Source: an uncultured Bacilli bacterium (GTDB lineage: Bacteria; Bacillota_I; Bacilli_A; RF39; UBA660). From it: 60,987 bases of DNA. Location of the stretch: the NCBI GenBank assembly GCA_934162325.1, contig CAKPIH010000002.1:1-60987 (forward strand), read 5' to 3'. This document shows positions 27,860 to 39,207 of the stretch, one piece after another; positions within the stretch are counted from its first letter, which is position 1; each line of letters opens with the position of its first letter. The notes under the pieces were generated by a model. That model made no database searches. It was not told the origin of the DNA and saw only the letters and a program-made list of their open reading frames with translations. The position numbers and the translations under genes were made by a program.

Positions 27860-28829
27860 GAAGTGTACAGGATGTGGCATTATTCTTCAAATAGAAGATA
27901 TAAATAAAGAAGGATATACTGAAAATATAGATAATGAACTATGTTTAAGATGTTTTAAATTAAAAAATTATGGTGAATATAAAGCTGTAACATTAAATAA
28001 TAAAGACTATACTGATATTTTAAATAGTATCCCTAAAGATGCGTTAGTAGTTTATCTAACATCATTATTAAATATTAATTTAGAATATATAAATAACTTT
28101 AATAATGTAATATTAGTATTAACCAAAAAAGATTTATTACCAAAATCAGTTCAAGACTATAAACTAATAAATTATATATCCAATATAACTAATAACTATC
28201 TAGATATTGAAATAATAAGTTCAATAAAAAATTACAATCTAGATAGCCTATTAAACAAAATAAAAAAATATAATAAAAGTAATAAAGAAATATACTTTGT
28301 AGGAATGACTAATTCAGGTAAATCAACTCTAATAAATAAACTAATAAAAAACTATACCGACAAACAGTTAGAAGTAACAACTAGTCTATATCCTTCAACA
28401 ACCCTAAATAAAATAGAAATAAACTTAGATAATTTAAAAATAATAGATACACCTGGCTTATTAAATGAAGGTAGTATTCTAAATAGTCTATCTTTAAAAG
28501 AAATAAAAAAAATAACTCCTAAAAAAGAGATAAAACCAAGAAGTTATCAGTTAAAAGGAAAAGGCTCTCTAGTAATCGAAGATTATATCAGATTAGATTA
28601 TTATATAGATAATAATATTACTATATATATAGCTAATAACTTAAATATAACAAAAATGACTCATAATAATCCAAAATTAAAAGAATGTAAAAAAATAACA
28701 TTCAATCTAGAAAAAGATAAAGATATCGTAATTGAAGATTTATGTTTCATAAAGTTTACTAAAAAAGGAAAAGTTGATATATATACCAAATATGATATCA
28801 ATATATATGAAAGAAATAATTTAATATAA
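27852..28829 (+). CDS. yqeH: ribosome-biogenesis GTPase YqeH
   Basis: N-terminal zinc ribbon CTGC..CLRC. Permuted GTPase motifs LTKKDLL, GMTNSGKSTLINKL and DTPG. Confidence 0.8.
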   Translation: MIKKCTGCGIILQIEDINKEGYTENIDNELCLRCFKLKNYGEYKAVTLNNKDYTDILNSIPKDALVVYLTSLLNINLEYINNFNNVILVLTKKDLLPKSVQDYKLINYISNITNNYLDIEIISSIKNYNLDSLLNKIKKYNKSNKEIYFVGMTNSGKSTLINKLIKNYTDKQLEVTTSLYPSTTLNKIEINLDNLKIIDTPGLLNEGSILNSLSLKEIKKITPKKEIKPRSYQLKGKGSLVIEDYIRLDYYIDNNITIYIANNLNITKMTHNNPKLKECKKITFNLEKDKDIVIEDLCFIKFTKKGKVDIYTKYDINIYERNNLI

Positions 28830-28843
28830 AAGGAGTTAGCAGT

Positions 28844-29533
28844 ATGAAGAAAATAAAAGAATATCTTTTAAAAGATAGAACACCTTTCGCTGAAGGTTTA
28901 TCTTTTAAGAAAATGTTTTTAATCTTTGTCATTTTTAGTTTCTTAGGTTGTCTTTATGAAGATATACTATTTATGGCTAAGAATTATATCAATTATGGAA
29001 TACTAGATTATTCCACTAAAAGAGGACTATTATATTTAGAATTATCTCCAATATATGGCTGGGGAGCATGTATCATGGTATATATTCTTGCTAGAAAGCC
29101 GAGGCAAAAATTAGATTATTTCTTAATAGGTTCTTTAATAGGAGGAGCCTTCGAATATCTAATAAGCTTCTTGCAGGAGACCTTTACCGGAACAACATCA
29201 TGGGATTATTCAACATATCTACTAAATATAAATGGAAGAACAACTTTACCATATATGCTATTTTGGGGTTTATTATGTTATATACTAATGGTTAAAATAT
29301 ATCCCTTTGTATCAAACAAAATAGAAAAGATACCATATAATTTAGGAAATCTAATCTATTACATTCTATTAGTAGTAATAACAATAGATATGTTTATATC
29401 GTTTAGTGCATGCATAAGAATGGGACTAAGACATGAAGGCTATAAACCACTGACAGGATATGGTGAGTTTTTAGATAAAGTATATAATGATGAAAGAATG
29501 AAGAAAAGTTATACGAATATGGTGATAAGATGA
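28844..29533 (+). CDS. membrane protein (putative ABC-transporter type IV / PF06541-like)
   Basis: 229 aa with 5-6 TM helices. LGCLYEDILF and PIYGWGA motifs recalled for that family. Confidence 0.4.
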   Translation: MKKIKEYLLKDRTPFAEGLSFKKMFLIFVIFSFLGCLYEDILFMAKNYINYGILDYSTKRGLLYLELSPIYGWGACIMVYILARKPRQKLDYFLIGSLIGGAFEYLISFLQETFTGTTSWDYSTYLLNINGRTTLPYMLFWGLLCYILMVKIYPFVSNKIEKIPYNLGNLIYYILLVVITIDMFISFSACIRMGLRHEGYKPLTGYGEFLDKVYNDERMKKSYTNMVIR

Positions 29534-30732
29534 CAACAATAATAAGTTTTTTATTAATAATTTATTCATTATTTTTATTAGTATATAGTTTCTTTGTAAT
29601 GACAAGAAATAACAATAGTCCCAAGAAGTCAGATACAGTAACTAATAAATATTGTATTTTAATACCTGCACGTAACGAGTCTCAAGTAATAGAACAACTT
29701 CTAATTAGTATTGAAAAGCAAACTAAAAAAATAAATTCCAAAAATGTCTATATAATTGTAGAATCAAAAGAAGATCCCACAGTAGAAATAGTCAAAAAGC
29801 ATAATATGAATATCATCTATCGAAAAGATTTAACTAAGAAAAGAAAAGGCTATGCCTTAGATGATGCTATTAAAGAAATATTATCAAAAAATAAAAAATA
29901 TGATGCCTATTTTATCTTTGATGCCGATAATATCTTAGATAAAAACTATATCAAAGAAATGATAAATAGTATTGAAGAAGGTTATGATATTGGCATAAGT
30001 TATCGTAATACTAAAAATAGTTCTACCTTAGTAGCAGCTTCTTCTGCCTTAACTTTTTCTATGATAAATACAATTGGTAATAAACTAAAAAGTAAATATA
30101 CCAATAATTTAACTATATCAGGAACAGGATATTATATCAAAGGTTCTTTAGTAGAAGATTGGCAAGGTTTCCCTTTTAATACCTTAACTGAAGATTATGA
30201 ATTAACTCTATATAGTACTTTGAATAACTTAACTACAACCTATAATGAGAAAGCTATCTTTTATGATGAACAACCAGATAGTTTTAAAATATCCATGAAA
30301 CAAAGAACAAGATGGGTAAAAGGATATTTTGAAGCACGTAAAATATATATCAAAGAAATTAGAAGAAGCCTAGACTATAAAGAAAAAAACTATGGTTCAA
30401 AAATAAGTACCGTAATAGGAGTACAACCACTAATATATCTCTTAATAGGAGTTCTTTTATTAATAGTAAGTTCATTAACAATAAATGATATTACAGCATT
30501 TATAAAAACCTTAGTAGTAGTCTTATTACTAATCTACTTAGAATTAGCGGGTATAACTTATATAATAATTAAAAGTGAAAAAAATAAATTAAATTTAAAT
30601 GTATCAAAAGCAAAATTAACATTATATAACCCATTATTTTTATTAAGCTATATCCCATGCCTTATGATATCAATATTTAAAAGAAATTTAGGTTGGGAAG
30701 AAATAAAACATAACAAAAAATTAGTAGACTAA
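29530..30732 (+). CDS. membrane-bound family-2 glycosyltransferase (processive synthase-like)
   Basis: ILIPARNES, FDADN, TEDYELT and QRTRWVKG (QxxRW) motifs. N- and C-terminal TM helices. Confidence 0.75.
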   Translation: MTTIISFLLIIYSLFLLVYSFFVMTRNNNSPKKSDTVTNKYCILIPARNESQVIEQLLISIEKQTKKINSKNVYIIVESKEDPTVEIVKKHNMNIIYRKDLTKKRKGYALDDAIKEILSKNKKYDAYFIFDADNILDKNYIKEMINSIEEGYDIGISYRNTKNSSTLVAASSALTFSMINTIGNKLKSKYTNNLTISGTGYYIKGSLVEDWQGFPFNTLTEDYELTLYSTLNNLTTTYNEKAIFYDEQPDSFKISMKQRTRWVKGYFEARKIYIKEIRRSLDYKEKNYGSKISTVIGVQPLIYLLIGVLLLIVSSLTINDITAFIKTLVVVLLLIYLELAGITYIIIKSEKNKLNLNVSKAKLTLYNPLFLLSYIPCLMISIFKRNLGWEEIKHNKKLVD

Positions 30733-30823
30733 TTCAAAAATTATTATAGATAAAAAGTGATATTTCTATTTACTTTTTATCTTTTTTATATTATAATTTA
30801 TTTATAATAAGGAGGGGCCTAAT

Positions 30824-31624
30824 ATGAAATATTTTACAAAAGAAGAGTTAGAGGATATAACAAATGAGTTATTACAAGAACCTACTCGTGAGACATTAAA
30901 AAATCTTAATAACAAATATAATAAAGAAGAAAAAGTAGAGTTACCTGTTCAGGAGTCGGTATTTAATACACCTAAAGAAAGTGTAGTAAATAGCATGCCT
31001 AGTTTTGAAGTTCCTACATTTAATTCAGGAGCATTCGATATGCCAAAAGAGGAACCAGTAAATACAGAAAGTATTCCTGTAAGTACTCCAAGTTTTGAAG
31101 TACCAGCATTTAATGCTCCAAGTAGTCCTGCTGTAGAAGTAACACCTCAAATGTCAACACCAGAACCAGTAGAAGTATCAAGTCAAAAAGGACAAGTACC
31201 AAATAATTTAAATATTCCTAACATGAATCAAACTGAGGCTATGCCAAATTTACAAACAAATAACTTTGAAGTACCAACACCAGTTCTAGAACCAACTAAT
31301 TATCAACTAGTGGGAGAACAAATTCCTAAATTAGATAATCAAGTAGTAAATAATCAAAGTAATGAACCAGTAAACTTCAGTGGTAATTTGTATCAACAAC
31401 CTATGCCAGAACCAACCAATCTAATGGATACAACAGACAATTTCAAAATAGATATAAATAGTACTCCAAACATGAATCCGGGAGTTAATACTAATTTAAA
31501 TAGTAATCCCTTCTTTGGTAATCCAGTAAATGAGTCTAATCAAGTAAATAATCCTATCCCAGTAGGAGGACAAACAACAACTGGACCATCAATGTTTGGA
31601 CAAATAATGCAAAATAATCAGTAG
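30824..31624 (+). CDS. N/P/Q-rich low-complexity protein with repeated PSFEVP(T/A)FN motif
   Basis: 266 aa. SD AAGGAGGGG. Internal repeats PSFEVPTFNSG, PSFEVPAFNAP and NNFEVPTPV. Confidence 0.4.
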   Translation: MKYFTKEELEDITNELLQEPTRETLKNLNNKYNKEEKVELPVQESVFNTPKESVVNSMPSFEVPTFNSGAFDMPKEEPVNTESIPVSTPSFEVPAFNAPSSPAVEVTPQMSTPEPVEVSSQKGQVPNNLNIPNMNQTEAMPNLQTNNFEVPTPVLEPTNYQLVGEQIPKLDNQVVNNQSNEPVNFSGNLYQQPMPEPTNLMDTTDNFKIDINSTPNMNPGVNTNLNSNPFFGNPVNESNQVNNPIPVGGQTTTGPSMFGQIMQNNQ

Positions 31625-31738
31625 CAGATAAAAATGCTACTTTTCTTTTATCAAATTATAGACAAAGATAACTATATATGATAAACTATATGTGTCATTT
31701 AAATATGAAGAAAAATAATATTTTCTTCAAAGAAAGAA

Positions 31739-32119
31739 GTGTATAAAATGAATACTAAAACAATAAATATTCAAGTATTAGCCTTGCTAGGAGATGCTGT
31801 ATTATCCTTATATATAAGAGAAAAATTATTAAAACAAGGTATCAATAATGCCAATAAATTAAACGCATCAGCAGTTCCTTATGTATCCGCTAAAGGACAA
31901 GTAAAAATATTAGATAAATTAACCAAAGATAACTTCTTAACTGAAGAAGAATTAGATATCGTAAAAAGAGGAAGAAATAATAAAAAAGAAAATCATCCTA
32001 AAAATACCGATATCATAACCTATAAATTATCTACTGGTTTTGAAGCCTTACTAGGAGACCTATACTTAAATAATAAAGATAGATTACAAGAAATATTAGA
32101 ACAAATAGAGGTGAAATAA
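31739..32119 (+). CDS. mrnC: mini-ribonuclease III
   Basis: LALLGDAVLSLYIRE and GFEALLGDLYL motifs. Precedes rlmB as in B. subtilis (yazC-yacO). ATG 31748 is an alternative start. Confidence 0.8.
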   Translation: MYKMNTKTINIQVLALLGDAVLSLYIREKLLKQGINNANKLNASAVPYVSAKGQVKILDKLTKDNFLTEEELDIVKRGRNNKKENHPKNTDIITYKLSTGFEALLGDLYLNNKDRLQEILEQIEVK

Positions 32120-32826
32120 TGCAAATATATGGAAAGAATGTAGCAAGAGAAAAATTACAAACAAAAGATAAAATAAAAAAAGTATATCTAAGTAATAAAT
32201 TTAAAGATAATGAAATAATCACTCTAATCAAAAAGAAAAATATAAATCCTATTCTTCTAGATATGCGTGATTTAGATAAAATGTGTAAAGGTTTACATCA
32301 AGGTATAATATTAGAAGTAGAAGATGTTAAAACCTATTCACTAGAAGATATCATACCAAATATCGATAAAGAGTATCCACTAGTGGTCATATTAGATCAT
32401 ATTGAAGATCCCCATAACTTTGGAGCCATCATAAGATCATGCGAAGCCTTTGGTGTAGATGCCATAATAATACCTAATGATCGTTCAGTAGATATAACCG
32501 GAACTGTTGTAAAAGCATCAGTAGGTACCATTGAAAAAGTAAAAATAATCAAAGTAACAAATCTAAATAATACCATCAAAAAATTAAAAGACTATGGTTA
32601 TTGGGTTGTAGGTACTGATATGGAAGGAACAGTCTATACCGATATTGATTATAAAATGAAAACTGCTCTAATAATAGGAAATGAAGGTAAGGGAATAAGT
32701 AGATTAGTAAGTGAAAATTGCGACTACTTAGCCAAAATACCTATGAGTGGAACAGTAAATAGTTTAAATGCTTCCGTAGCCTGTGGCATCTTTCTAGCAG
32801 AAATAAATAGATCAAGAGGAGTATAA
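32119..32826 (+). CDS. rlmB: 23S rRNA Gm2251 2'-O-methyltransferase (SpoU/TrmH family)
   Basis: DHIEDPHNFGAIIRS, IGNEGKGIS and SLNASVA SPOUT motifs. Confidence 0.85.
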   Translation: MQIYGKNVAREKLQTKDKIKKVYLSNKFKDNEIITLIKKKNINPILLDMRDLDKMCKGLHQGIILEVEDVKTYSLEDIIPNIDKEYPLVVILDHIEDPHNFGAIIRSCEAFGVDAIIIPNDRSVDITGTVVKASVGTIEKVKIIKVTNLNNTIKKLKDYGYWVVGTDMEGTVYTDIDYKMKTALIIGNEGKGISRLVSENCDYLAKIPMSGTVNSLNASVACGIFLAEINRSRGV

Positions 32827-32827
32827 T

Positions 32828-33409
32828 ATGGATAATGATTATGAACTATTATATTTAGCTAAAGATGATGATCAAGTAAAAGACCTAATTTATCAAAAAT
32901 ATAAAAATCTAATTTATTATAAAGCTCGAAAATATTCGCAAAGAAATAACACTAATAATGAGCTAGAGGACTATATAAGTGAAGGAACTATCGCATTATA
33001 TGAAACAATAGATAATTATCGCGATACTACTCCCTATAATATCTATTTAAATAGATGCCTAGATAACGCTTTAAAAAATGTTTTTAGAAAAAATAATACC
33101 AAAAAGAGTAGAGTCTTAAGTGAAGCAACATCACTTAATAGTACTGACTATCTAAATATATCCTCATATGATAAAAAGTATGACCCAGAACTACAAGTGT
33201 TTGAAGAATATAATTATAATAAATTAAAGAAAACAATCATAAGTAAATTAACTTGGCAAGAAGAATTAGTTTTTAAATTAAAAGAACAAAACTATAAACC
33301 AAAAGAAATATCTGAAATAATAGATAATAGTCAAAGAACTGTATATAATATAATTAATAAGATAAGAAAAAAAGTATCAAGTATAGTGTCAAATAAAAAT
33401 AATTACTAA
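32828..33409 (+). CDS. sigma-70 family factor, SigH-like by synteny
   Basis: 193 aa. Region 2-like EDYISEGTIALYETIDNY and a C-terminal HTH (EISEIIDNSQRTVYNIINKIRKK). Position after rlmB matches sigH in Bacilli. The sequence is divergent. Confidence 0.5.
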   Translation: MDNDYELLYLAKDDDQVKDLIYQKYKNLIYYKARKYSQRNNTNNELEDYISEGTIALYETIDNYRDTTPYNIYLNRCLDNALKNVFRKNNTKKSRVLSEATSLNSTDYLNISSYDKKYDPELQVFEEYNYNKLKKTIISKLTWQEELVFKLKEQNYKPKEISEIIDNSQRTVYNIINKIRKKVSSIVSNKNNY

Positions 33410-33469
33410 CTATAATATTTACTTTTTTTCTTTTCTAATATATACTATAAGTGTAAAGGAGGCACAAGT

Positions 33470-34015
33470 ATGAATAATAATTTTACCCCAGAAGAAAAAT
33501 TAAGAATAATAGACTTACTAGCGGTTACTCAAAGTAAAAAAGAATTTTTAGATGCAGTAAATAAATTACTATCTGAAGAATCAAAAAAAGAAGCGTTGCC
33601 TCCACAAGAAGAGAGTATATCATTACCTGAAGATACTAAAGTTGTAGAAAATCCTCCTAAAGAAGAAATTTTATCAAGTACTCCAGGTGAAGCAAGTATT
33701 TATGATTCAAAATATACTAACTTAGTAAACCAAGATAAACTAACTCATCCTCGTGATGAAGTTCTAACCATGGATATACCAGAAGAACCTATAAATGAAC
33801 TTGCGGTTACTTTTGATAAAGAACTTGATAATTCAGTTAAAGAAGATTCTAGCAAGGTAAAAGAAGAACCAAAAGAAGCAAACTACACAAGCCCAGACCT
33901 AGAAAACTTTATTCCTGAAGAGCAAGCAGAACATAAGGTACTAGAAAGAAAAATAAATAACCCATGGGCCGACTCAGGTGCTAGAACCGTATCCCCTGGC
34001 GAATTAAATTTTTAA
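33470..34015 (+). CDS. acidic, P/E-rich hypothetical protein
   Basis: 181 aa with SD AAAGGAGG and no recognisable motif. Confidence 0.35.
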   Translation: MNNNFTPEEKLRIIDLLAVTQSKKEFLDAVNKLLSEESKKEALPPQEESISLPEDTKVVENPPKEEILSSTPGEASIYDSKYTNLVNQDKLTHPRDEVLTMDIPEEPINELAVTFDKELDNSVKEDSSKVKEEPKEANYTSPDLENFIPEEQAEHKVLERKINNPWADSGARTVSPGELNF

Positions 34016-34108
34016 TAAATATAAAGTGCTATCAATTAGCATTTTTTTCTTGTTTAAAAAATTAAAAAAATGTGGTATAATACCAAAGGAAAAGGAAGCA
34101 GTGATAAT

Positions 34109-36928
34109 ATGGATAAAATAATAATAAAAGGTGCTAGAGAAAATAATTTAAAAAATATAAATATAGAAATACCCAAAAATAAATTAGTAGTAATGACTGG
34201 TGTGTCAGGCTCAGGAAAATCATCCCTTGCTTTTGATACAATTTATGCCGAAGGCCAAAGAAGATATGTTGAAAGTTTATCTGCTTATGCTAGACAATTC
34301 TTAGGTTCATCTGGTAAACCTGATGTTGATGTCATCGAAGGTCTATCCCCAAGTATTTCTATTGACCAAAAAACCACTAACAAAAACCCAAGAAGTACTG
34401 TTGGAACCGTAACCGAAATATATGATTACCTAAGGCTATTATTTGCTAGAGTAGGAGTCCCACATTGTCCTAACCATCATATTCCTATTTCATCTCAGTC
34501 AATCGAAGAGATGACTAATAAAATCTTAGAACTAGAAGAAAATACTAAGATAATGGTTATGTCACCAGTAGTTAAAGGTGAAAAAGGAACTCAAAAAGAT
34601 TTATTTGAAAAACTAAGAAAAGAAGGATATATAAGAATAAAAGTAGACGGTGAAATAAAAGACTTAACAATCGATTTAGAATTAGAAAAAAATAAAAAAC
34701 ATAACGTATCAGTAATAATTGATAGACTAGTAATCAAAGATGGAATAAGAAGTAGACTATATTCATCACTAGAGACTGCTAGTAAATTAAGCCATGGTAA
34801 AGTAGTAATAGATGTTGTAGGTAAAGAAGAAATAACCATGAGTGAAGACTATGCTTGTCCATATTGTGATTATTCTCTTGAAGAACTAGAACCAAGAATC
34901 TTCTCTTTCAATGCCCCATATGGTTCATGTCCTGATTGTAAAGGATTAGGAGTAAAATATAAAATAGATGTTGACTTAGTAATACCAAATAAAGATATCT
35001 CTATTCTAGATGGCGCTATCAAACCAATAAACCTAGATGAAGAATCAAGTATTATGTATACTGAACTAACAACACTAGCAGACCACTATCACATTGATTT
35101 GAGTAAACCTGTTAAAGAGCTAACTAAAGAAGAACTAAATCTAATATTATATGGTTCAACCGAACCTCTAACTTTTAATTATAAAGCCAAAAATGGAAAT
35201 ACTAGAAAGACAACAAGTTACTATGAAGGAATAATAACTAATCTTGAAAGAAGATATGTCGAAACTAAAAGTACTTGGATAAGAGATTGGATTGAAGGCT
35301 ATATGACAGAACTAGAGTGCCCTACTTGTCATGGTTCAAGACTAAAGCCATCAGTATTAAATGTCCTAATAAATAACAAAAATATCTATGAAGTAACATC
35401 CATGTCAATAGGAGACTTAAGAACATTTATTAGTAATCTAAAATTAACTAAAGAACAAAAAGAAATATCTGAAATAGTAGTAAAAGAAATAGATTCAAGA
35501 TTAAACTTTCTAATAAATGTTGGCCTATCATATCTAACACTATCAAGAGAAGCCGGTACCTTATCCGGTGGTGAAAGTCAAAGAATAAGATTAGCTACTC
35601 AAATAGGTTCAAGATTAACAGGAGTCTTATATGTCTTAGATGAACCAAGTATAGGTTTACATCAAAGAGATAACCAAAGACTAATAAATTCTCTATTAGA
35701 AATGCGTGACTTAGGTAATTCTCTTATTGTAGTAGAACATGATACTGATACAATGCTAGCAGCAGATTACCTAATCGATATAGGACCAGGTGCTGGACTA
35801 GAAGGTGGAAATGTAGTAGCGGCAGGTACTCCTGAAGAAGTAATGAATAATGAAAATAGTATTACTGGAAGATACCTAAAAGGTATAGAGAGAATAGAAG
35901 TACCTTCAGTAAGAAGAAAAGGTAATAAAAAATATCTAGAGATAAAAGGTGCCAAAGAAAATAACTTAAAGAATATCAATGTAAAAATACCACTAGGCAC
36001 AATGACTCTCGTAACAGGAGTATCAGGTTCAGGAAAGTCAAGTTTAATAAATGAAATACTATATAAGGCCTTAGCTCAAAAAATATATGGTTCTAAAGAT
36101 AAACCGGGTAAATATAAAGAAATAAAAGGCTTAGAGAATGTTGATAAAGTAGTTCAAATATCTCAAGCACCAATAGGAAGAACACCTCGTAGTAATCCTG
36201 CTACTTATACTGGCGTATTTGATGATATAAGGGATATCTTTGCTGAAACCAAAGAAGCTAAAATAAGAGGTTATGATAAAGGAAGATTTAGTTTCAATGT
36301 AAAAGGTGGAAGATGTGAAGCTTGCTGGGGAGATGGCGTTAAAAAAATAGAAATGCACTTCTTACCAGATGTTTATGTACCATGTGAAGTATGTAATGGA
36401 ACAAGATATAATAGTGAAACATTAGAAATAAAATATAAAGAAAAAAATATATATGATGTATTAAATATGCGTGTTGAAGAAGCCATACCTTTCTTTGAAA
36501 ATCATCCTAAAGTATTAAATAAATTAAAAGTACTAGATGATGTAGGCTTAAGTTATGTAAAATTAGGTCAAAGTGCTCCAACACTATCTGGAGGAGAAGC
36601 TGCTCGTGTCAAATTAGCCAAAGAACTTCAAAAGAAACCTACTGGTAAGACTGTCTTTATTCTAGATGAACCTACTACTGGTTTACATCAAGCTGACATC
36701 AAAAAACTACTTGCTATCCTAGAGAGAATTGTTGATAATGGCGATACTGTAATAATAATAGAACATAATCTAGATGTTATCAAAGTAGCAGACTATATAA
36801 TTGATTTAGGACCTGAAGGAGGTTCTGGTGGTGGTACAGTAGTAGCGGTAGGTACTCCAGAACAAGTCGCCGATAATCCAAATTCTTATACTGGGGAATT
36901 CTTAAAAGAAATATTAAAAAGTAAATAG
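34109..36928 (+). CDS. uvrA: excinuclease ABC subunit A
   Basis: Start at [17 protein letters not shown]. Two ABC modules ([10 protein letters not shown] twice, LSGGE twice, DEPSIGLH / DEPTTGLH) and CxxC zinc modules. Confidence 0.95.
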   Translation: MDKIIIKGARENNLKNINIEIPKNKLVVMTGVSGSGKSSLAFDTIYAEGQRRYVESLSAYARQFLGSSGKPDVDVIEGLSPSISIDQKTTNKNPRSTVGTVTEIYDYLRLLFARVGVPHCPNHHIPISSQSIEEMTNKILELEENTKIMVMSPVVKGEKGTQKDLFEKLRKEGYIRIKVDGEIKDLTIDLELEKNKKHNVSVIIDRLVIKDGIRSRLYSSLETASKLSHGKVVIDVVGKEEITMSEDYACPYCDYSLEELEPRIFSFNAPYGSCPDCKGLGVKYKIDVDLVIPNKDISILDGAIKPINLDEESSIMYTELTTLADHYHIDLSKPVKELTKEELNLILYGSTEPLTFNYKAKNGNTRKTTSYYEGIITNLERRYVETKSTWIRDWIEGYMTELECPTCHGSRLKPSVLNVLINNKNIYEVTSMSIGDLRTFISNLKLTKEQKEISEIVVKEIDSRLNFLINVGLSYLTLSREAGTLSGGESQRIRLATQIGSRLTGVLYVLDEPSIGLHQRDNQRLINSLLEMRDLGNSLIVVEHDTDTMLAADYLIDIGPGAGLEGGNVVAAGTPEEVMNNENSITGRYLKGIERIEVPSVRRKGNKKYLEIKGAKENNLKNINVKIPLGTMTLVTGVSGSGKSSLINEILYKALAQKIYGSKDKPGKYKEIKGLENVDKVVQISQAPIGRTPRSNPATYTGVFDDIRDIFAETKEAKIRGYDKGRFSFNVKGGRCEACWGDGVKKIEMHFLPDVYVPCEVCNGTRYNSETLEIKYKEKNIYDVLNMRVEEAIPFFENHPKVLNKLKVLDDVGLSYVKLGQSAPTLSGGEAARVKLAKELQKKPTGKTVFILDEPTTGLHQADIKKLLAILERIVDNGDTVIIIEHNLDVIKVADYIIDLGPEGGSGGGTVVAVGTPEQVADNPNSYTGEFLKEILKSK

Positions 36929-36958
36929 TTTAGTAAATTATACTAGACTATTTTTTTT
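36926..36958 (+). terminator. intrinsic terminator after uvrA
   Basis: TAGTTTAGTA / TACTAGACTA stem (one G-U pair) followed by T8. Confidence 0.7.
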
Positions 36959-36962
36959 AGAG

Positions 36963-37037
36963 TTCACACTTCGTTGTTCACTACTATAGAAAGCCTAAGG
37001 TCTTTCTATAGTAATTTAAAGCCAAAGTCTTTAAATT
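36963..37037 (+). repeat. hairpin-repeat family, left-arm copy
   Basis: TTCACACTTCGTTGTTCACT box, then hairpins CTATAGAAAGCCTAAGGTCTTTCTATAG and AATTTAAAGCCAAAGTCTTTAAATT. Confidence 0.75.
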
Positions 37038-37049
37038 AAGTTTTATCAT

Positions 37050-37076
37050 AAGCAAACAAAAATTTGCTTTTTTTTA
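37050..37076 (+). terminator. second intrinsic terminator, downstream of the repeat
   Basis: AAGCAAA-caaaaa-TTTGCTT followed by T7. Followed by the TGGTATAAT extended -10 of the next operon. Confidence 0.6.
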
Positions 37077-37119
37077 TAATATATGGTATAATACCCAGCA
37101 CATATGAAGGGGAATTGTT

Positions 37120-38148
37120 ATGGATAAAATAATAAAGAAAATATATAGTAATATAAATTATAATACTAGTGAATTAATAAGTAATATAAATCTAGGACTA
37201 ATATTAACAACTTTTGGTACAGGCTTCTTCTCACTAGGAGCAAATTTAAATAATGCCGCATCGTTAATGATGTTAAGTATATTAAATATGATATATTATA
37301 TATATAGTGAAGAAGAAAGATTATCATTACATACAAAAGATATAATAGAAATAAGAAAATTATATAATAATTTAATAAAAGACTATAATAAACTAAATAA
37401 AATATTTGACTTTCAAAATCCTGTAGAAATATATACATTATATAATAAAATGTTATATGCTGGATATTTATCTAAAGATAAAGAATTTCACTTTGGAAAA
37501 GATAAAGTTAAAGACATAACGACTATACAAGGAACAAATATAATAAATGGAGAAGCAGTATGTCGTCATATATCACAAATGTTAAAAGATATTTATTTAG
37601 ATTATGGCATAACAAGTTATGATATTAGTGTATTTCAAAAAGATACTACAACAGATAAAAGTATGTTATCATATTATCAAAAAGAATTACAAAAAGTAAG
37701 CGATATAAAAGGTATCCCAGTAGAAGATTTAACCTACTTACTTGAAGATAAAATACAGGAAGCTTTTAGCTATTATATATCACCAGAAGACATAGGTAAA
37801 TTAACAAATCATCGTATAACTAAAGCCACTTATCAAGGTAAAGATTATTATTTAGATCCAACTCAAACAAGAATGTATAAGCCAAGTATGAATAATCAAA
37901 AAATTTTAATATCTGAAGATGGACAAAGAGATACTAGAATAATACCAAGAGCAAATTCTACTAAAGCAATGAAAGCAAATCCATCAACATCATTTAGTGA
38001 AGATTTAAAATATGTCAAAAGTACTATTAATATTTATAAGCAAAATAAAGATATATTAGAAAGATTTTATAGGGAACATCAAGAACTATATAATTATATA
38101 TCAAATCTATTGTCAAATATAAAAGTAAAGAGAAAGGAAAAAAGATGA
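37120..38148 (+). CDS. membrane-anchored transglutaminase-like (papain-fold Cys-His-Asp) protein, paralog 1
   Basis: 342 aa with two N-terminal TM helices. GEAVCRHIS (Cys), NHRITKATYQGKDYYLDPTQ (His, Asp) in the order of the transglutaminase core. Paralogous to the next gene. Confidence 0.5.
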   Translation: MDKIIKKIYSNINYNTSELISNINLGLILTTFGTGFFSLGANLNNAASLMMLSILNMIYYIYSEEERLSLHTKDIIEIRKLYNNLIKDYNKLNKIFDFQNPVEIYTLYNKMLYAGYLSKDKEFHFGKDKVKDITTIQGTNIINGEAVCRHISQMLKDIYLDYGITSYDISVFQKDTTTDKSMLSYYQKELQKVSDIKGIPVEDLTYLLEDKIQEAFSYYISPEDIGKLTNHRITKATYQGKDYYLDPTQTRMYKPSMNNQKILISEDGQRDTRIIPRANSTKAMKANPSTSFSEDLKYVKSTINIYKQNKDILERFYREHQELYNYISNLLSNIKVKRKEKR

Positions 38149-38149
38149 T

Positions 38150-39199
38150 ATGAAAGAAAATTTAAAAGATAAAATATATGGAAACATAAGTTATAATACT
38201 AATGAAATAATATCTAAAGCTAATACTATAGCAATCATGTCATGTGGAATAGGAACATCTCTTTTACCTCACATAAGTGATAGTTTATTAGCAAGTCTTT
38301 TGTTACTAGGAGCAAATATTATAAATGTTAGTTATGCAATATTTTCAAGAAATTCAGAATCACATACTAAAGAAGTTCAAAAAATAAAAACTCTTTATCA
38401 AGAATTTCTTTCTGAATATGTAAAATTAAATAGAATATTTGAATTTCAAAACCCTATAGAGATATATACATTTTATAATAAGATGTTATATGATGGCTAT
38501 TTATCTAAAAATAAAGAATTTCATTTTGGAGAAACAACAGTCAGAGATATTAAAGATATATACTCATCAAATATAATGAATGGAGAAGCAGTATGTCGTC
38601 ATATAGCTACTATGTTAAAAGAAATATATAATGCTTATGGAATAGAAGGAAATACTTTAACTGTATATCAAAGTAGTTTTGATGTAACGCAAGATAATGT
38701 AGAAAATATGCTAAGTCTGCTAGAAGAAATTCATAATGAACACCAAAGAACAAACATTCCTTTTTTAGATTTAGTATATCAATATGAAGAAGAACTAAAT
38801 AAATATTATGAGTATACTATACCTAAAAAAGATAAAAAACTAACTATAATAGGTAATCATAAAATAACAACAGCAGTCTATCAAGGAGATACATATTATT
38901 TAGATCCAACTCAATCTAGAATATATAAACCAAGTAGTATAAAAGAAAACATCTTAATAGATACATCAGCAGCAGGAGATATTCGCATACTACCAAAACG
39001 AAAACAAAATAAAAAAGTACTTGCAACATTAACTGACTCGGTAACATCACCAAGTGAAGATAGAGAATATATAGACATAACTACAAGAATATATTCAAGT
39101 AATAAAGATATAATTGAAGCCTACTATCAAAGTCAAAAAGAACTATATAGTGATATTGCTGAAGAACTATCAAAAATAAAAGTAAAAAAAAGAAAGTAG
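38150..39199 (+). CDS. membrane-anchored transglutaminase-like protein, paralog 2
   Basis: 349 aa. Shares FxFQNPxEIYTxYNKMLYxGYLSKxKEFHFG, NGEAVCRHI and YQGxxYYLDPTQxRxYKPS with paralog 1. 1-nt gap from the upstream stop. Confidence 0.5.
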   Translation: MKENLKDKIYGNISYNTNEIISKANTIAIMSCGIGTSLLPHISDSLLASLLLLGANIINVSYAIFSRNSESHTKEVQKIKTLYQEFLSEYVKLNRIFEFQNPIEIYTFYNKMLYDGYLSKNKEFHFGETTVRDIKDIYSSNIMNGEAVCRHIATMLKEIYNAYGIEGNTLTVYQSSFDVTQDNVENMLSLLEEIHNEHQRTNIPFLDLVYQYEEELNKYYEYTIPKKDKKLTIIGNHKITTAVYQGDTYYLDPTQSRIYKPSSIKENILIDTSAAGDIRILPKRKQNKKVLATLTDSVTSPSEDREYIDITTRIYSSNKDIIEAYYQSQKELYSDIAEELSKIKVKKRK

Positions 39200-39207
39200 G
39201 ATAAACT